A stretch of DNA of 64,000 nt from an uncultured virus (IMG/VR IMGVR_UViG_3300031998_000073) (IMGVR_UViG_3300031998_000073); one strand, 5' to 3'; shown: positions 9,017 through 18,649, counted from the stretch's first letter. Numbers and translations are program-made. The notes: generated by a model from the sequence alone, not told the origin.

Positions 9017-9541
9017 ATGCCTTTTAAAGTGATGTTCCATATCTTCAACCCGGGCGACAAGGTGCCCGACTACAACACCTCAGACCGAAAGCTGGCATAC
9101 ATAGAGCTGAATGCCCGGCGCAACACGCCAGGCAAGACTCTTGCCAGCATGAGGGCAGACGTGACGCCCGTGGAGCCGCTGACCAAGGCAGAGGGCTTTG
9201 CCTACCAGCTCTGGGAGATCCGCAGGGCGATGCACAAGTACTACAACGGCGGGCGCAGGCATGAGGACATGCTGGCATCCATCGCCCTCGAGACGGAGCT
9301 CGACAAGCAGATCAGGAGCGGACGGGCATTCCTCGACAGCCATCCCGGCTATCCCGTGAAGGACCAGAAGAGCCATGCCGCCTTTCTCATCGCGGAGGAG
9401 TGGCGCAACACCTGGCTTGCCCGCAAGCGCTACAGCCAGACGAAGGGCTACGACCATCAGATGTACCGTGAGATGACGCGCAAGATCCGCGACTACGAGG
9501 CACAGATAGACAAATATATCAGAGAAGTGATAGGACTATAG
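9017..9541 (+). CDS. hypothetical protein
   Basis: GC3-rich codons, operon position. Confidence 0.7.
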   Translation: MPFKVMFHIFNPGDKVPDYNTSDRKLAYIELNARRNTPGKTLASMRADVTPVEPLTKAEGFAYQLWEIRRAMHKYYNGGRRHEDMLASIALETELDKQIRSGRAFLDSHPGYPVKDQKSHAAFLIAEEWRNTWLARKRYSQTKGYDHQMYREMTRKIRDYEAQIDKYIREVIGL

Positions 9542-9589
9542 GAATGAAAGTAATAGTAAGTTTTTAACAAGCAACGTAACTGAGTAATT

Positions 9590-9775
9590 ATGGCAACGAT
9601 AAGTGATATGGCATTCGACTACGCCATGCAGCGCGGTCACGGCAAGAAAGCGCATGAAAACTTTGTCGCTGGTGCAAAGGCTGTCATCCGTGAAATTCAA
9701 GAAGCTCACGAAATTGGTGGAATTGATGCTGTTGTGCAATGTATCAATAACTTCATCGACGAATTGAAACATTAG
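9590..9775 (+). CDS. hypothetical protein
   Basis: ATG after an AT-rich leader. Confidence 0.6.
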   Translation: MATISDMAFDYAMQRGHGKKAHENFVAGAKAVIREIQEAHEIGGIDAVVQCINNFIDELKH

Positions 9776-9866
9776 CGCAACTGACACTATTTTAACTTCG
9801 TGTTAATCCGCGTAATCCGTGCCAAAAAACAAGAGCGATGAAACAAGATTAAATATTTAAGGAACT

Positions 9867-10415
9867 ATGAAGTACGAAAAGAAACCAGACGGCGTGTTCT
9901 GCAACGCGAAGACGGGGCGGACGATGGAACACCGGGGCTACTCGACCCGGATATTCTGGAGCCGCCAGATGCTCGACGACCTCCGCAGGGACTATCCTAC
10001 GACGCTTAACGAGGAACTGGCGGGATATTTCGGCGTGAGCCTGCGGACGGTGATACGCAAGGCCCGTGAGCTGGGACTCGAGAAGGATCCCGTGTGGCTG
10101 GCTTCCATGTGGGAAGAGCGCCGTGCACTGGCTCACGCAAGGGCGAAGGCGTTGGGATATCCCGGGGCGTTCAAGAAGGGACAGCGCCACAGTCCGGCCA
10201 CGGAGTTCAAGCCAGGCCACCGGCTGACCGACGAACAGAAGCGCAGGCAGGCCGACGGCATGCGCAGGTTCTCCCTGCTCCATCCCGACAAGGTCAGGGA
10301 GAGGGGCAGCAAGATCCACCTCTGGGCCGTCAGCAACCCCGACCAGGTTGAGGCCCGTAACAGGAAAGTGAGTGAAACGAAGCGTAATAAGTTCAATAAA
10401 GTAGCAGGATTATGA
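9867..10415 (+). CDS. DNA-binding protein (HTH plus NUMOD-like TEFKPG repeats, no HNH core seen)
   Basis: WS..MLDDLRRDYP..NEELA..GVS.RTV.RKARELGL and SPATEFKPGH. Confidence 0.65.
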   Translation: MKYEKKPDGVFCNAKTGRTMEHRGYSTRIFWSRQMLDDLRRDYPTTLNEELAGYFGVSLRTVIRKARELGLEKDPVWLASMWEERRALAHARAKALGYPGAFKKGQRHSPATEFKPGHRLTDEQKRRQADGMRRFSLLHPDKVRERGSKIHLWAVSNPDQVEARNRKVSETKRNKFNKVAGL

Positions 10416-10636
10416 CAAAGCTATACGGCATAACAAAAATACTGGGCTTTCCGTGCGTTTGCTATGGTGAGAAAGGATATTTCTTTGTAATCAGATGGGC
10501 GAAGAAGCATAAACGGTTTAAGGTTTACAGGGGACACACAAATGCCCGTGCCGTCATCTCCAATACTATCAATGCCAGCAGATGGTGGTTTGTAGGCATA
10601 ATGGTTTCTACCGATAACATTGAAATTATAGATTAA
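10412..10636 (+). CDS. hypothetical protein
   Basis: ATGA overlap. Confidence 0.55.
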   Translation: MTKLYGITKILGFPCVCYGEKGYFFVIRWAKKHKRFKVYRGHTNARAVISNTINASRWWFVGIMVSTDNIEIID

Positions 10637-10658
10637 ACTATAAGGAGGTATCAGGATT

Positions 10659-11735
10659 ATGAGAATTGGACTCATTGACGTTGACGGACACGCTAAGAAA
10701 AAGAAGTGGGGTGCTACGATTTATCCAAATCTTGCACTTTGCAAGATTGCGCGTTATCATAAGGAGCGCGTACCTAAATGGGGTGGACCTCATGATGTTG
10801 TTGAATGGTATGATCCTCTTCGTATTGACCCATACGACATAGTTTATATATCAAAGGTGTTTAATTTCTCCCCTGACTACGATTATGTCATTACCAACGC
10901 AAAGAATATATATATCGGTGGAACCGGCTATAAAGAAGACAGAACGTATAACCTTTGCATTGGAGATACAAATAAAGTCATCAGATATAAATACCTCTTT
11001 ACTCTTCCGGAAGAGATTGACCGCTGCCAGCCATGTTACAGCATCTATCCGCACGTTCCGAAGGATTATGCTTACGGTTTCCTTACCCGTGGTTGCCCCA
11101 ACAAATGCCTGTATTGTGTAGTTCCCAAAAAGGAGGGCGCCATCCGTCCTTATATGGACGTAGACGATATAGCCATTGAGGGCCGTAACAAGTTGGTCCT
11201 TATGGACAACAACTTCCTTGCAGCTGGCGACTATGCCCATGAGCAACTGGATAAGATAATCAGTCGCGGATACCGAGTCGACTTTAACCAGGCTTTGGAT
11301 GCCAGGCTTGTGACAGAAGACTTTGCACGCAAGCTGGCAAAGGTAAAATGGCTTGATAAGAACAGGATCCGCTTTGGTTGTGATACCCATGCACAGATAG
11401 AGGAGTGTGAGAGGGCAATGGATATGATTATTGGCTATGGCTTTCACGGAGAGTTTTTCCTCTATACGATGCTTAACAATAACATGACGGAGAGTTATGA
11501 GCGCATCTGTCATTGGTGGAGACGGCTTCAGGACGCAAGGCGGAACAAAAAAGGTAACTGGGTGTATGCCTATGCTCAGCCGTACAGAGATCCAGATAAT
11601 CCTCACCAACAAATTCCACAATGGCAGAAGGATATGGCGAACTGGGTCAACAAAAAAGCTCACTTTGTGGCGCATTCGTTTGAAGAGTTTGAACCAAGGA
11701 AAGATTTTAAATGCAGACAATATTTTCAACAATGA
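10659..11735 (+). CDS. radical SAM protein
   Basis: TRGCPNKCLYC (CxxxCxxC), MDNN and FNQALDARL motifs. Confidence 0.9.
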   Translation: MRIGLIDVDGHAKKKKWGATIYPNLALCKIARYHKERVPKWGGPHDVVEWYDPLRIDPYDIVYISKVFNFSPDYDYVITNAKNIYIGGTGYKEDRTYNLCIGDTNKVIRYKYLFTLPEEIDRCQPCYSIYPHVPKDYAYGFLTRGCPNKCLYCVVPKKEGAIRPYMDVDDIAIEGRNKLVLMDNNFLAAGDYAHEQLDKIISRGYRVDFNQALDARLVTEDFARKLAKVKWLDKNRIRFGCDTHAQIEECERAMDMIIGYGFHGEFFLYTMLNNNMTESYERICHWWRRLQDARRNKKGNWVYAYAQPYRDPDNPHQQIPQWQKDMANWVNKKAHFVAHSFEEFEPRKDFKCRQYFQQ

Positions 11736-12226
11736 CACAGATTCAACCCTTTAACCCGGAGGATCCTGAGATCCAGTCGAACGTGGCCTATATCCTGATG
11801 GCGGCTCCGGTGAAGAACCTGACGGAGCAGGAGGTGCTGACAACGCTGAGGCTGTTGCAGCTCCAGGTGCTGCTGAGGCAGCCCAACTACAACTGCTATT
11901 GGACCGACATCGTGGTGGTACACAGGAACGACCCGAGGCTGGAACTCTGCGACGACAGCGACAGGTTCCTGGCCATGCTGATAGACTGCGACCTGCGTGA
12001 CGTCCTGCTGTGCACAAAGCGCTGCCGTATGCTCTTCGGCGGCACGACCTATCACTGGCGCAAGATCGGGCGCACAATGCCCATCACGGACACGGCCTCA
12101 GCCCTCAGCGAATGCTCTTCCGGCTACTACGGACGCGGCTGGGTGATAGCTCCGCACATCTGCACCCTCCGCAAATGGATTATCGAACACAGTAATAACG
12201 AACAAATAAGAAGTCTGAGAGTATGA
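11732..12226 (+). CDS. hypothetical protein
   Basis: ATGA overlap, codon usage. Confidence 0.7.
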   Translation: MTQIQPFNPEDPEIQSNVAYILMAAPVKNLTEQEVLTTLRLLQLQVLLRQPNYNCYWTDIVVVHRNDPRLELCDDSDRFLAMLIDCDLRDVLLCTKRCRMLFGGTTYHWRKIGRTMPITDTASALSECSSGYYGRGWVIAPHICTLRKWIIEHSNNEQIRSLRV

Positions 12227-12579
12227 ACAAGGAACTGAAAAAAGAACTGATCAAGCACAATGAGGAGATGCGTGCAGCGTTTCCCAACCTCTACGACATG
12301 AGATGGGTGGAGAAGGCAGCCGACGAGGGCTGGAATGAAGTAATGGAAGGCATGAAAAAGACTTACCCAAAGTCTAAGATTTACGAGAACGAATCTATAG
12401 TCGATCTCTTTGCCACCCTGTACTACAGCGCATTCGAGAGCGCCCTCAACACGTTCTTTAAGCAATGCCTGGATGATACGATGACGTCTGTAGAGTTTTG
12501 CATGGACGAGCTTCGGAAGGTGACGGCCAGCATCAAAGCGGCATCCCCGGAGTTTAAAGGCACTAAACCCGGAGTTTAG
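12223..12579 (+). CDS. hypothetical protein
   Basis: ATGA overlap. Confidence 0.7.
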   Translation: MNKELKKELIKHNEEMRAAFPNLYDMRWVEKAADEGWNEVMEGMKKTYPKSKIYENESIVDLFATLYYSAFESALNTFFKQCLDDTMTSVEFCMDELRKVTASIKAASPEFKGTKPGV

Positions 12580-12613
12580 TCTGTGTAAACTGGGAGTTTA
12601 GTCTAAGTAAACT
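12547..12613. repeat. 22-bp-period tandem repeat with palindromic TAAAC..GTTTA core
   Basis: TAAAC at 12564, 12586 and 12608; GGAGTTTA three times. Confidence 0.75.
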
Positions 12614-12639
12614 AAAAGCAAACATAAAATGGTAGTAGT

Positions 12640-13020
12640 ATGGTAAAAGAATCCTACGTATCTTTAGTGACAGCAAAACTGTTGAAAGAGAAAGAATTTG
12701 ATGGAGACTGTGATTGGTACTATCCAAAAGAAGGAGGGGAAATTAAACAACTTGACTTATATGAGTTGAATTATTGCCGAGAGAGCTTCATAAAAGCTCC
12801 TTCCCAAAGTCTTGCTATGCGATGGTTAAGAGATATACATAAGATTTGTATCTTGATCACTCATAGCATGCGAGAACCTAAATATGGCTTTGAGATACTG
12901 CCTGATTGTGACAGTGACAAAATTCATTTTGATAAGGAGTATTTTGGATTTGACTATAATTCTTATGAAGAGGCAACTGAAGAAGCTATAAAGTATTGTT
13001 TAGAGAATCTTATTAAATAA
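12640..13020 (+). CDS. conserved Bacteroidota phage protein
   Basis: YVSL.TAKLLKEK.F, APSQSLAMRWLR and YEEA pattern. Confidence 0.75.
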   Translation: MVKESYVSLVTAKLLKEKEFDGDCDWYYPKEGGEIKQLDLYELNYCRESFIKAPSQSLAMRWLRDIHKICILITHSMREPKYGFEILPDCDSDKIHFDKEYFGFDYNSYEEATEEAIKYCLENLIK

Positions 13021-13038
13021 CGGAAAAGGAGAATTGTT

Positions 13039-13239
13039 ATGAAACTTATTTTGTGTACAAGAGTAGACAGGTATGAAGGTAAGCCTTTATATACAGTTAC
13101 AGTGGAGGATATAGATACTCCAGTCAATTTTCATTCCTATGACTGCGTGTACTTGAAACAAGGATATGACTATGATGCCTTGATTAAGGAAGCAGAAAGT
13201 AAGTTTGAACTGGAATATACCATATCAAAAAAGCATTAG
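13039..13239 (+). CDS. hypothetical protein
   Basis: ORF in an AT-rich insert. Confidence 0.55.
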   Translation: MKLILCTRVDRYEGKPLYTVTVEDIDTPVNFHSYDCVYLKQGYDYDALIKEAESKFELEYTISKKH

Positions 13240-13250
13240 GAGGACAAGTT

Positions 13251-13409
13251 ATGACAAAACAGGAAGTATTACATGACATAGACAAGTACTTAGATAAAGT
13301 TAATATGTCATTAGATACAATTATAGAACGATTGAATCAAGGACATTACGGATTGTCTGAACTAACTAAAGATGTTTTGGAGCTTTTAAGACATGATATT
13401 AAAAAATAG
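13251..13409 (+). CDS. 52-aa hypothetical protein
   Basis: Translated by hand (MTKQEVLHDIDKYLDK...). Confidence 0.5.
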   Translation: MTKQEVLHDIDKYLDKVNMSLDTIIERLNQGHYGLSELTKDVLELLRHDIKK

Positions 13410-13454
13410 ATTATCTCAGGAATTATATTGAAGAAAACGTAAAGGGGGTGTAGT

Positions 13455-13556
13455 ATGACACAGTTTATTTGGGGATTAATCATCGGAGTGTTCGTGGGAG
13501 TGATCATCGGGGTATTTGTTTTGGCGATTCTTGGCAACAACAGGATGAAGGAGTAG
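13455..13556 (+). CDS. 33-aa single-TM peptide
   Basis: MTQFIWGLIIGVFVGVIIGVFVLAILGNNRMKE. Confidence 0.5.
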   Translation: MTQFIWGLIIGVFVGVIIGVFVLAILGNNRMKE

Positions 13557-13559
13557 CGT

Positions 13560-13649
13560 ATGGACTTGGATTGGACTGACTATATCTGCATTGCCGTCAT
13601 TTCCTTGTTGGTTGTTTACGGCTTGTGGTGGAGAAAACGGTATTATTAA
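13560..13649 (+). CDS. 29-aa single-TM peptide
   Basis: MDLDWTDYICIAVISLLVVYGLWWRKRYY. Confidence 0.4.
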   Translation: MDLDWTDYICIAVISLLVVYGLWWRKRYY

Positions 13650-13664
13650 TCAAATAGTAAAATT

Positions 13665-15074
13665 ATGGGAACAATTAAATGTCCGCATTGCGGAAAAGAC
13701 ATTGAGTTAGAGATTTCGGTAAAGGGGAAGCAGGAACCGGCTGCCCCAAGTGTTCAACAGCAGCAACAGGTGAAGGACAAGGGCAGGCTGCTCTATAAGG
13801 TGGGCCTGATGTCCGATATCCACATGGACGTCGAGGACTCGCACAACTCGGAGTACATGACAGACCTGAAGAATGCCTGCGAGGTGTTCGTGAGGGAGGG
13901 CTGCGAGTTTGTCTGCAGTTGTGGGGATTTTGCACAGTACAACGATGCGGACTACGACATGTTTAAAGACTGGTATGGGGCGCACGGATATTCCAGGGGA
14001 CTCAGGCTGTTCACGCCATTGGGTAACCATGACTATCTGAGACTGTTCACCATCCGCAAGCCGGAAGACCAGTACGTCGATGACGGAGCCTTGTACAACT
14101 ATCTGCCGATGTGGGCAAACGTGGGAGAGTTCCACAACATCATCAATCCCTCTGACGGCAAGTATGAGTCAGACCTGCACTTCTTCGAGCATGGCGTCGG
14201 ATGGGACTGCGGCTATAAGGAGGGCTGGAGATCGTCAAAGTCCAAGCTGAACTACTGGACGGAGAAGCACGGTGACATCTATGCATTCCTGTCCGTTGAC
14301 TACGGCACGATGGCTTACGGAGATCCATGGGACACGCTGGCACGGGGCATCAACAGGCTGGATTATAATGACGAGTATGTGAAGCAGATGACGGAATACG
14401 TGAAAGACACGGACTATAACCGTCAGCGCGAGACCAACTTCGACTACCAGTTCTACACCCCGGAGGCGCTGATGTGGCTGAAAGGCCTGGTAGAGGATAA
14501 TCCCCAGAAGCGCATCTTCGTGTTCATGCACCACTTCATGCCCAACAAGGCCGGAGACACCTTTGGCAGCTATTCCCGTCTTCGTATCTGGCCCGTGACG
14601 GCGTCGATGGCCATCAAGCAGAAATACTACTCCGGCTCAAACACCGTCTGCGGCCTCACATTCCACTTCCTGAACAAGCTGATGCGCGAACACACGAACG
14701 CCATCTATTTCGGAGGTCACTCGCACTACGCCTGGAGGCAGCAGGAGGATAAGATCACACGGGAGTACAACGTGGATCTGCCTACGGGCAACGAGGTGAC
14801 GCCCCTGGTGGATGATCTCAACTCACTGCTCGACACGGAATATGACTACCAACTCTATTCGCCCGTCGGCCACTCCGTCGGCGACTGTGCGACAACGATC
14901 CACCTTCCCAGCCTGTCGAAGCCCGTCAGCCAGGACGGCCAGACGCTCTACGGAGCCAGCGAGGGTGGGGTAATGGAGGTCTATGAGAACGGAGTCATCA
15001 TCAAGTGCATCCGGTTCAAGGCCGACGGCTCATCGCAATACACCAACGAGGTAGTAAAGACCATTGAGTTATGA
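13665..15074 (+). CDS. calcineurin-like metallophosphoesterase with N-terminal CxxC
   Basis: SDIH, CGDF, GNHD, HH and GHSH motifs; CPHCGK. Confidence 0.9.
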   Translation: MGTIKCPHCGKDIELEISVKGKQEPAAPSVQQQQQVKDKGRLLYKVGLMSDIHMDVEDSHNSEYMTDLKNACEVFVREGCEFVCSCGDFAQYNDADYDMFKDWYGAHGYSRGLRLFTPLGNHDYLRLFTIRKPEDQYVDDGALYNYLPMWANVGEFHNIINPSDGKYESDLHFFEHGVGWDCGYKEGWRSSKSKLNYWTEKHGDIYAFLSVDYGTMAYGDPWDTLARGINRLDYNDEYVKQMTEYVKDTDYNRQRETNFDYQFYTPEALMWLKGLVEDNPQKRIFVFMHHFMPNKAGDTFGSYSRLRIWPVTASMAIKQKYYSGSNTVCGLTFHFLNKLMREHTNAIYFGGHSHYAWRQQEDKITREYNVDLPTGNEVTPLVDDLNSLLDTEYDYQLYSPVGHSVGDCATTIHLPSLSKPVSQDGQTLYGASEGGVMEVYENGVIIKCIRFKADGSSQYTNEVVKTIEL

Positions 15075-15601
15075 CGGAACCTGGCGCAAGGGTCTATGTA
15101 CGCTGGTACGGCAAGGTGCTGGAGGGCGAGGTGGTCGAAGGAGAAGGCTTTGCGGGCATGACTCCCGTCCGCATTCCACTCGACGGACACCATCCCGTCG
15201 CCCTCTTTGCGCCAGGGCACGTCTATCAGACGGAGGCTGAGGCTGGCAGTTTAGTTCAGGCTAAACCCGTGAAGCGGGCAATACTGGCAGAGGCAGGGGA
15301 GTATATTGCGGACGTGTATGTCAATGACCTTTTGGATCGTTTCAAGAAGTCACATTGGGATGAGGCCCGCAATCACCTCCGTATCGATGCACTCGACGAG
15401 TTCTACCAGCTCTGGCTCCGGACGCATACACACAAGCCTGCTGAGGCCAGATATATTGTCGGCGTCGATCCTGCCAGGCCTGGCGGTGACGTGTCAGTCG
15501 TGCTTCCCCTGAAGCCGCCGCCACCTCCCGTACATCACAAGCAGCGTCCAAAGGACACGATCAGAAAGAATATAGTACAATTATCATTATTTGATTTATG
15601 A
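15071..15601 (+). CDS. hypothetical protein
   Basis: ATGA overlap; ends in QLSLF, a beta-clamp-binding-like motif. Confidence 0.65.
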   Translation: MTEPGARVYVRWYGKVLEGEVVEGEGFAGMTPVRIPLDGHHPVALFAPGHVYQTEAEAGSLVQAKPVKRAILAEAGEYIADVYVNDLLDRFKKSHWDEARNHLRIDALDEFYQLWLRTHTHKPAEARYIVGVDPARPGGDVSVVLPLKPPPPPVHHKQRPKDTIRKNIVQLSLFDL

Positions 15602-15858
15602 ACAACAAGGAATACGAAGCCCAGCGAACTGAGATCTACAAGCAACTGGCAGAGCTGAAAAAGCAGTACATCAGGGATAACGTGGAGATAGAGCCTGGAT
15701 CCTTTGTGTCGGTAAACGGCATGAAGGCCTACCTGAAGGACTACGAAGTCAAAGGTGACCGCATCTATCCCATCCTGTTTGCCGTCAAGAAAGACGGTAC
15801 GCCCCATTCATGCAACAGGATTTATACATCATCTAACATAAAATTAGTAAAGTTATGA
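15598..15858 (+). CDS. hypothetical protein
   Basis: ATGA overlap; KKDGT motif. Confidence 0.7.
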   Translation: MNNKEYEAQRTEIYKQLAELKKQYIRDNVEIEPGSFVSVNGMKAYLKDYEVKGDRIYPILFAVKKDGTPHSCNRIYTSSNIKLVKL

Positions 15859-16433
15859 AACAAGAAGATTATTATGGCAAGTATTTCTTGCGTCACGGAG
15901 ATTTGCTTCCAGAAAGGATAGACGCTATCTCATGGAAGTTTTACAAGCTAAAAAAAGGATTTCTTCAATATCTGGACGGAAAAGGCCTTTTGTTTGACAA
16001 CAAGGAAGACGCAGAATCGATGTCAAAAACCATGGTTGAGCTGACAAAAGAAGTCAAGACTTTGGCAGCGAAAGAGACAATTCTGTCAGAAGAAGAGAAG
16101 GCTAAGAAGCATGTTTATATCTCCGGCCCTATCAGCGGTGTCGATCCTGAACAGTGCCAAAAGAGATTTAGCGAGATTGAAGAGATGCTTACAGACATGA
16201 ACTACAGAGTATTTAATCCCCTTAAGAACGGTCTTCCTTCCAATGCCAGCACTAACAGACACATGCGACGCGACCTGAACGTTCTGTCCAATGAGACTGA
16301 TCCGTTTGATTTTATCTTCATGATGAAACGATGGCCACATAGTTCAGGCTGCAAGGAAGAGTTTAATCTTGCCATCGCTTGCGGTATAAAGGTCATGTTT
16401 GAGGAATCAGGGGAAATTATCAAGTTTGAGTGA
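15855..16433 (+). CDS. DUF4406 (nucleoside deoxyribosyltransferase-like fold) protein with N-terminal extension
   Basis: VYISGPISG..F..E..L..VFNP..HMRRDL..W..S.GC..E. Confidence 0.8.
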   Translation: MKQEDYYGKYFLRHGDLLPERIDAISWKFYKLKKGFLQYLDGKGLLFDNKEDAESMSKTMVELTKEVKTLAAKETILSEEEKAKKHVYISGPISGVDPEQCQKRFSEIEEMLTDMNYRVFNPLKNGLPSNASTNRHMRRDLNVLSNETDPFDFIFMMKRWPHSSGCKEEFNLAIACGIKVMFEESGEIIKFE

Positions 16434-16434
16434 A

Positions 16435-16584
16435 ATGATTACAATAGACAAAGACAAGAAATCACAAACGTGGATCATAACCAAGACTGACAAAGAAGGT
16501 TTTCACAGTCAGATTAACGTGACCGAGGAAGAAATTCATGAACTTGGAGAATTGTTGGTACACGTTATTTGCATCTACAAATAA
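16435..16584 (+). CDS. small hypothetical protein
   Basis: ATG right after the upstream stop; ends just before a terminator. Confidence 0.5.
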   Translation: MITIDKDKKSQTWIITKTDKEGFHSQINVTEEEIHELGELLVHVICIYK

Positions 16585-16587
16585 AGA

Positions 16588-16620
16588 GATCCCCGCTGTC
16601 CTTCACGGATGGCGGGGATC
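16588..16620. terminator. hairpin between the converging early and lysis operons
   Basis: GATCCCCGCTGTCC-ttcac-GGATGGCGGGGATC. Confidence 0.75.
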
Positions 16621-16759
16621 AAAATTTATAAACTAACCATAAACCAATTGATATAACTAATATAACTAAACAATTAAGATTTTACTGCTACCGCCGTGGC
16701 AGAGTCGATTCCTGTAAATATATCGATTTTTGAGTATAGGATAATTAGAACGGACTGCC

Positions 16760-17368
16760 TCACGGCAGCTTTTTCTTCAAGCGAAGAATAAAGAATACGA
16801 TTCCGCTGAATACAATTCCAATGATTATGCCTTTGGCCTGTTGCCACAGAGCTTCCCACCAGGACTGTTTCTTCTCAATGGTGGTCTCCTTGTCGCTTTG
16901 ACGGAGCAACGAGTCCATCTCACATATCAGCTTGTTCTGTATGGACATGACAGAATCCATCCGGTCCATCTTGTGGATCATTCCCTCCATCAAGAGTCTG
17001 GTGCTTTCGCTTGTCACCTCTCTCGTATTGTTGATGATCGTTGTTTCCCTGATAACGTTTCCAGCCGTGTCCATCACCACAATATGGTTGGTGTCGCTGC
17101 GCTCCTTGATGCTCTGCAGTTCCTTGATGACCGTCTCTCTCCAGGAGGAATCCTGCTGCACCGTGTGGCTCCTGTTGATGAGAGAGTCCATCATGCTCAT
17201 AAGATTCTCTATGCGATGATTCTCCACGAAGCTTTCCTTGTTGCTTACGGACTTGCAGCCCATCAGCAGAAACGCGATCAGCATGCAGGCTATCATTACC
17301 GGCCCTCCGCAGCCGCCACGCTCCGTAACGCCCCTGTTATAGTTCCCTATCAGTTCATCAAGTGTCAT
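16760..17368 (-). CDS. unimolecular spanin candidate
   Basis: Lipobox LLMGC, C-terminal TM helix with basic tail, follows the endolysin. Confidence 0.65.
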   Translation of the reverse strand: MTLDELIGNYNRGVTERGGCGGPVMIACMLIAFLLMGCKSVSNKESFVENHRIENLMSMMDSLINRSHTVQQDSSWRETVIKELQSIKERSDTNHIVVMDTAGNVIRETTIINNTREVTSESTRLLMEGMIHKMDRMDSVMSIQNKLICEMDSLLRQSDKETTIEKKQSWWEALWQQAKGIIIGIVFSGIVFFILRLKKKLP

Positions 17369-17850
17369 TGTCTTGTGATTTTGTTGTTTTCGATCCTATA
17401 GATGTCGCTTCCAAGCCACATGTTGGCCTCGGCCACGCGACGGCGCATGAGTCCTAACAACGGCTTGCCGCCGGAGTTCACCCACTTTACCATCTCGGAT
17501 GTGATTCCCAGGTCTGTCATATCCTTGAGAATATATTTCTTCATGGTGGACTTATTGAAGTTGCCGATACCGAGGTTATAGATCCACGACACCAGCGCAT
17601 CGAACTGCTCCTGCCTGAAATTGATGCCCAGGGCATTCAGTTCCGTCTCGATCTTCCGCACGTCTTGCTCCAGCATCTTCTCGGCTTCCTTCTCCGTGAT
17701 GCACATGCCCTGCTTCACGTCGGCGCCGTAGTGTCCGTAGCCGATGGTGTAATACTTCTCCGTCGGCACAGGCTTGTAGGCAGTAAGCCTGCATCCCTCA
17801 AACCGCCTGATCATGGCAAGTCCCTTGTATGACGTTCTCATTAGTTCCAT
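17365..17850 (-). CDS. endolysin, GH24 phage lysozyme
   Basis: FEGCRLTAY, TIGYGH, QFDALVSW.YNLG and GLMRRR.AE motifs. Confidence 0.92.
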   Translation of the reverse strand: MELMRTSYKGLAMIRRFEGCRLTAYKPVPTEKYYTIGYGHYGADVKQGMCITEKEAEKMLEQDVRKIETELNALGINFRQEQFDALVSWIYNLGIGNFNKSTMKKYILKDMTDLGITSEMVKWVNSGGKPLLGLMRRRVAEANMWLGSDIYRIENNKITRQ

Positions 17851-17853
17851 AAT

Positions 17854-18360
17854 TCAGTTATCGTCTTTGTCGAGAATAGTGTGAGCCTCGTTGATGTTTA
17901 TGTCGAAATGCCGTTCTGTCTTATCTACCACGATACGGGCCAGCCACTTCCAGATGCGTGCATGCTTGTCGCCTTCCTCGCGGCACGACGCCTTATTCTC
18001 GGCAATGCTTAGGGCTTGTTCCGCGCAGATCACTCCGGCAGCGATGAAACTCAGCGGCACATAGACATCGACAAAGATCCAGCGCTGCACGCAATAGGCC
18101 AGGATAATGATGACAAAACGCTCAATCAGGGTAGGGATGACCTGTTTGAACTTGTAGCTGACAAACTTTGCCTCATGCCGCTTGGTCTTGTCCGGGTATC
18201 TGCGATGCACTCGCTTGTCAAGCTCGAAGGCGCTCCAGGCATCATAAATCACAAACAGCGTAGCAATTATGACAAGCGGAAACGCAGGCCTGAACTCGCC
18301 CACGAACCATCCGAACAGCCCGCCCAACGTCATCAGAATGTACTCAAACCATTTCTCCAT
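17854..18360 (-). CDS. holin (phage holin 4-like)
   Basis: Multi-TM, E..SIAEN motif, upstream of the endolysin. Confidence 0.75.
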   Translation of the reverse strand: MEKWFEYILMTLGGLFGWFVGEFRPAFPLVIIATLFVIYDAWSAFELDKRVHRRYPDKTKRHEAKFVSYKFKQVIPTLIERFVIIILAYCVQRWIFVDVYVPLSFIAAGVICAEQALSIAENKASCREEGDKHARIWKWLARIVVDKTERHFDININEAHTILDKDDN

Positions 18361-18384
18361 AATCGTATTCTATTAATGTTGCTG

Positions 18385-18424
18385 CAAAGATACGGAGATA
18401 TAGGCGTGAGTCTTTCATATAATT
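18385..18424 (-). promoter_or_regulatory. late-type promoter for the lysis cassette
   Basis: AATTATATGAAA-N20-TATCTTTG. Confidence 0.8.
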
Positions 18425-18466
18425 TTGGCACGGCTACGCCAATCCGTCAAATCGTGCCCGTTTATG

Positions 18467-18506
18467 GATTATTAACATTGCCGTATCAGATTAATGCCTA
18501 CCTTTG
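18467..18506 (+). promoter_or_regulatory. promoter GATTATTAACA-type, pointing toward attP
   Basis: GATTATTAACAT-N20-TACCTTTG; same layout as 40676-40715. Confidence 0.6.
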
Positions 18507-18595
18507 CAGCCGATTTAAAGTTAAACAATAATGAATGTGGTTAGCGTTTTGCCGTGAGGCATGCAGCGCGTATCTTAGCAGTTACGTTTTTCCGG

Positions 18596-18625
18596 GCAGA
18601 GTCAGTTGGCTCTGCTTTTTCTTTT
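18596..18625 (+). terminator. intrinsic terminator upstream of attP
   Basis: GCAGAGTCA/TGGCTCTGC stem plus long T tract. Confidence 0.7.
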
Positions 18626-18649
18626 CCGTTTCTTTTTGTTTTTGCCTGT

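Noticed and set aside
12547..12613. CRISPR mini-array
   Set aside because: Units are contiguous 22-mers without unique spacers, and no cas genes are present
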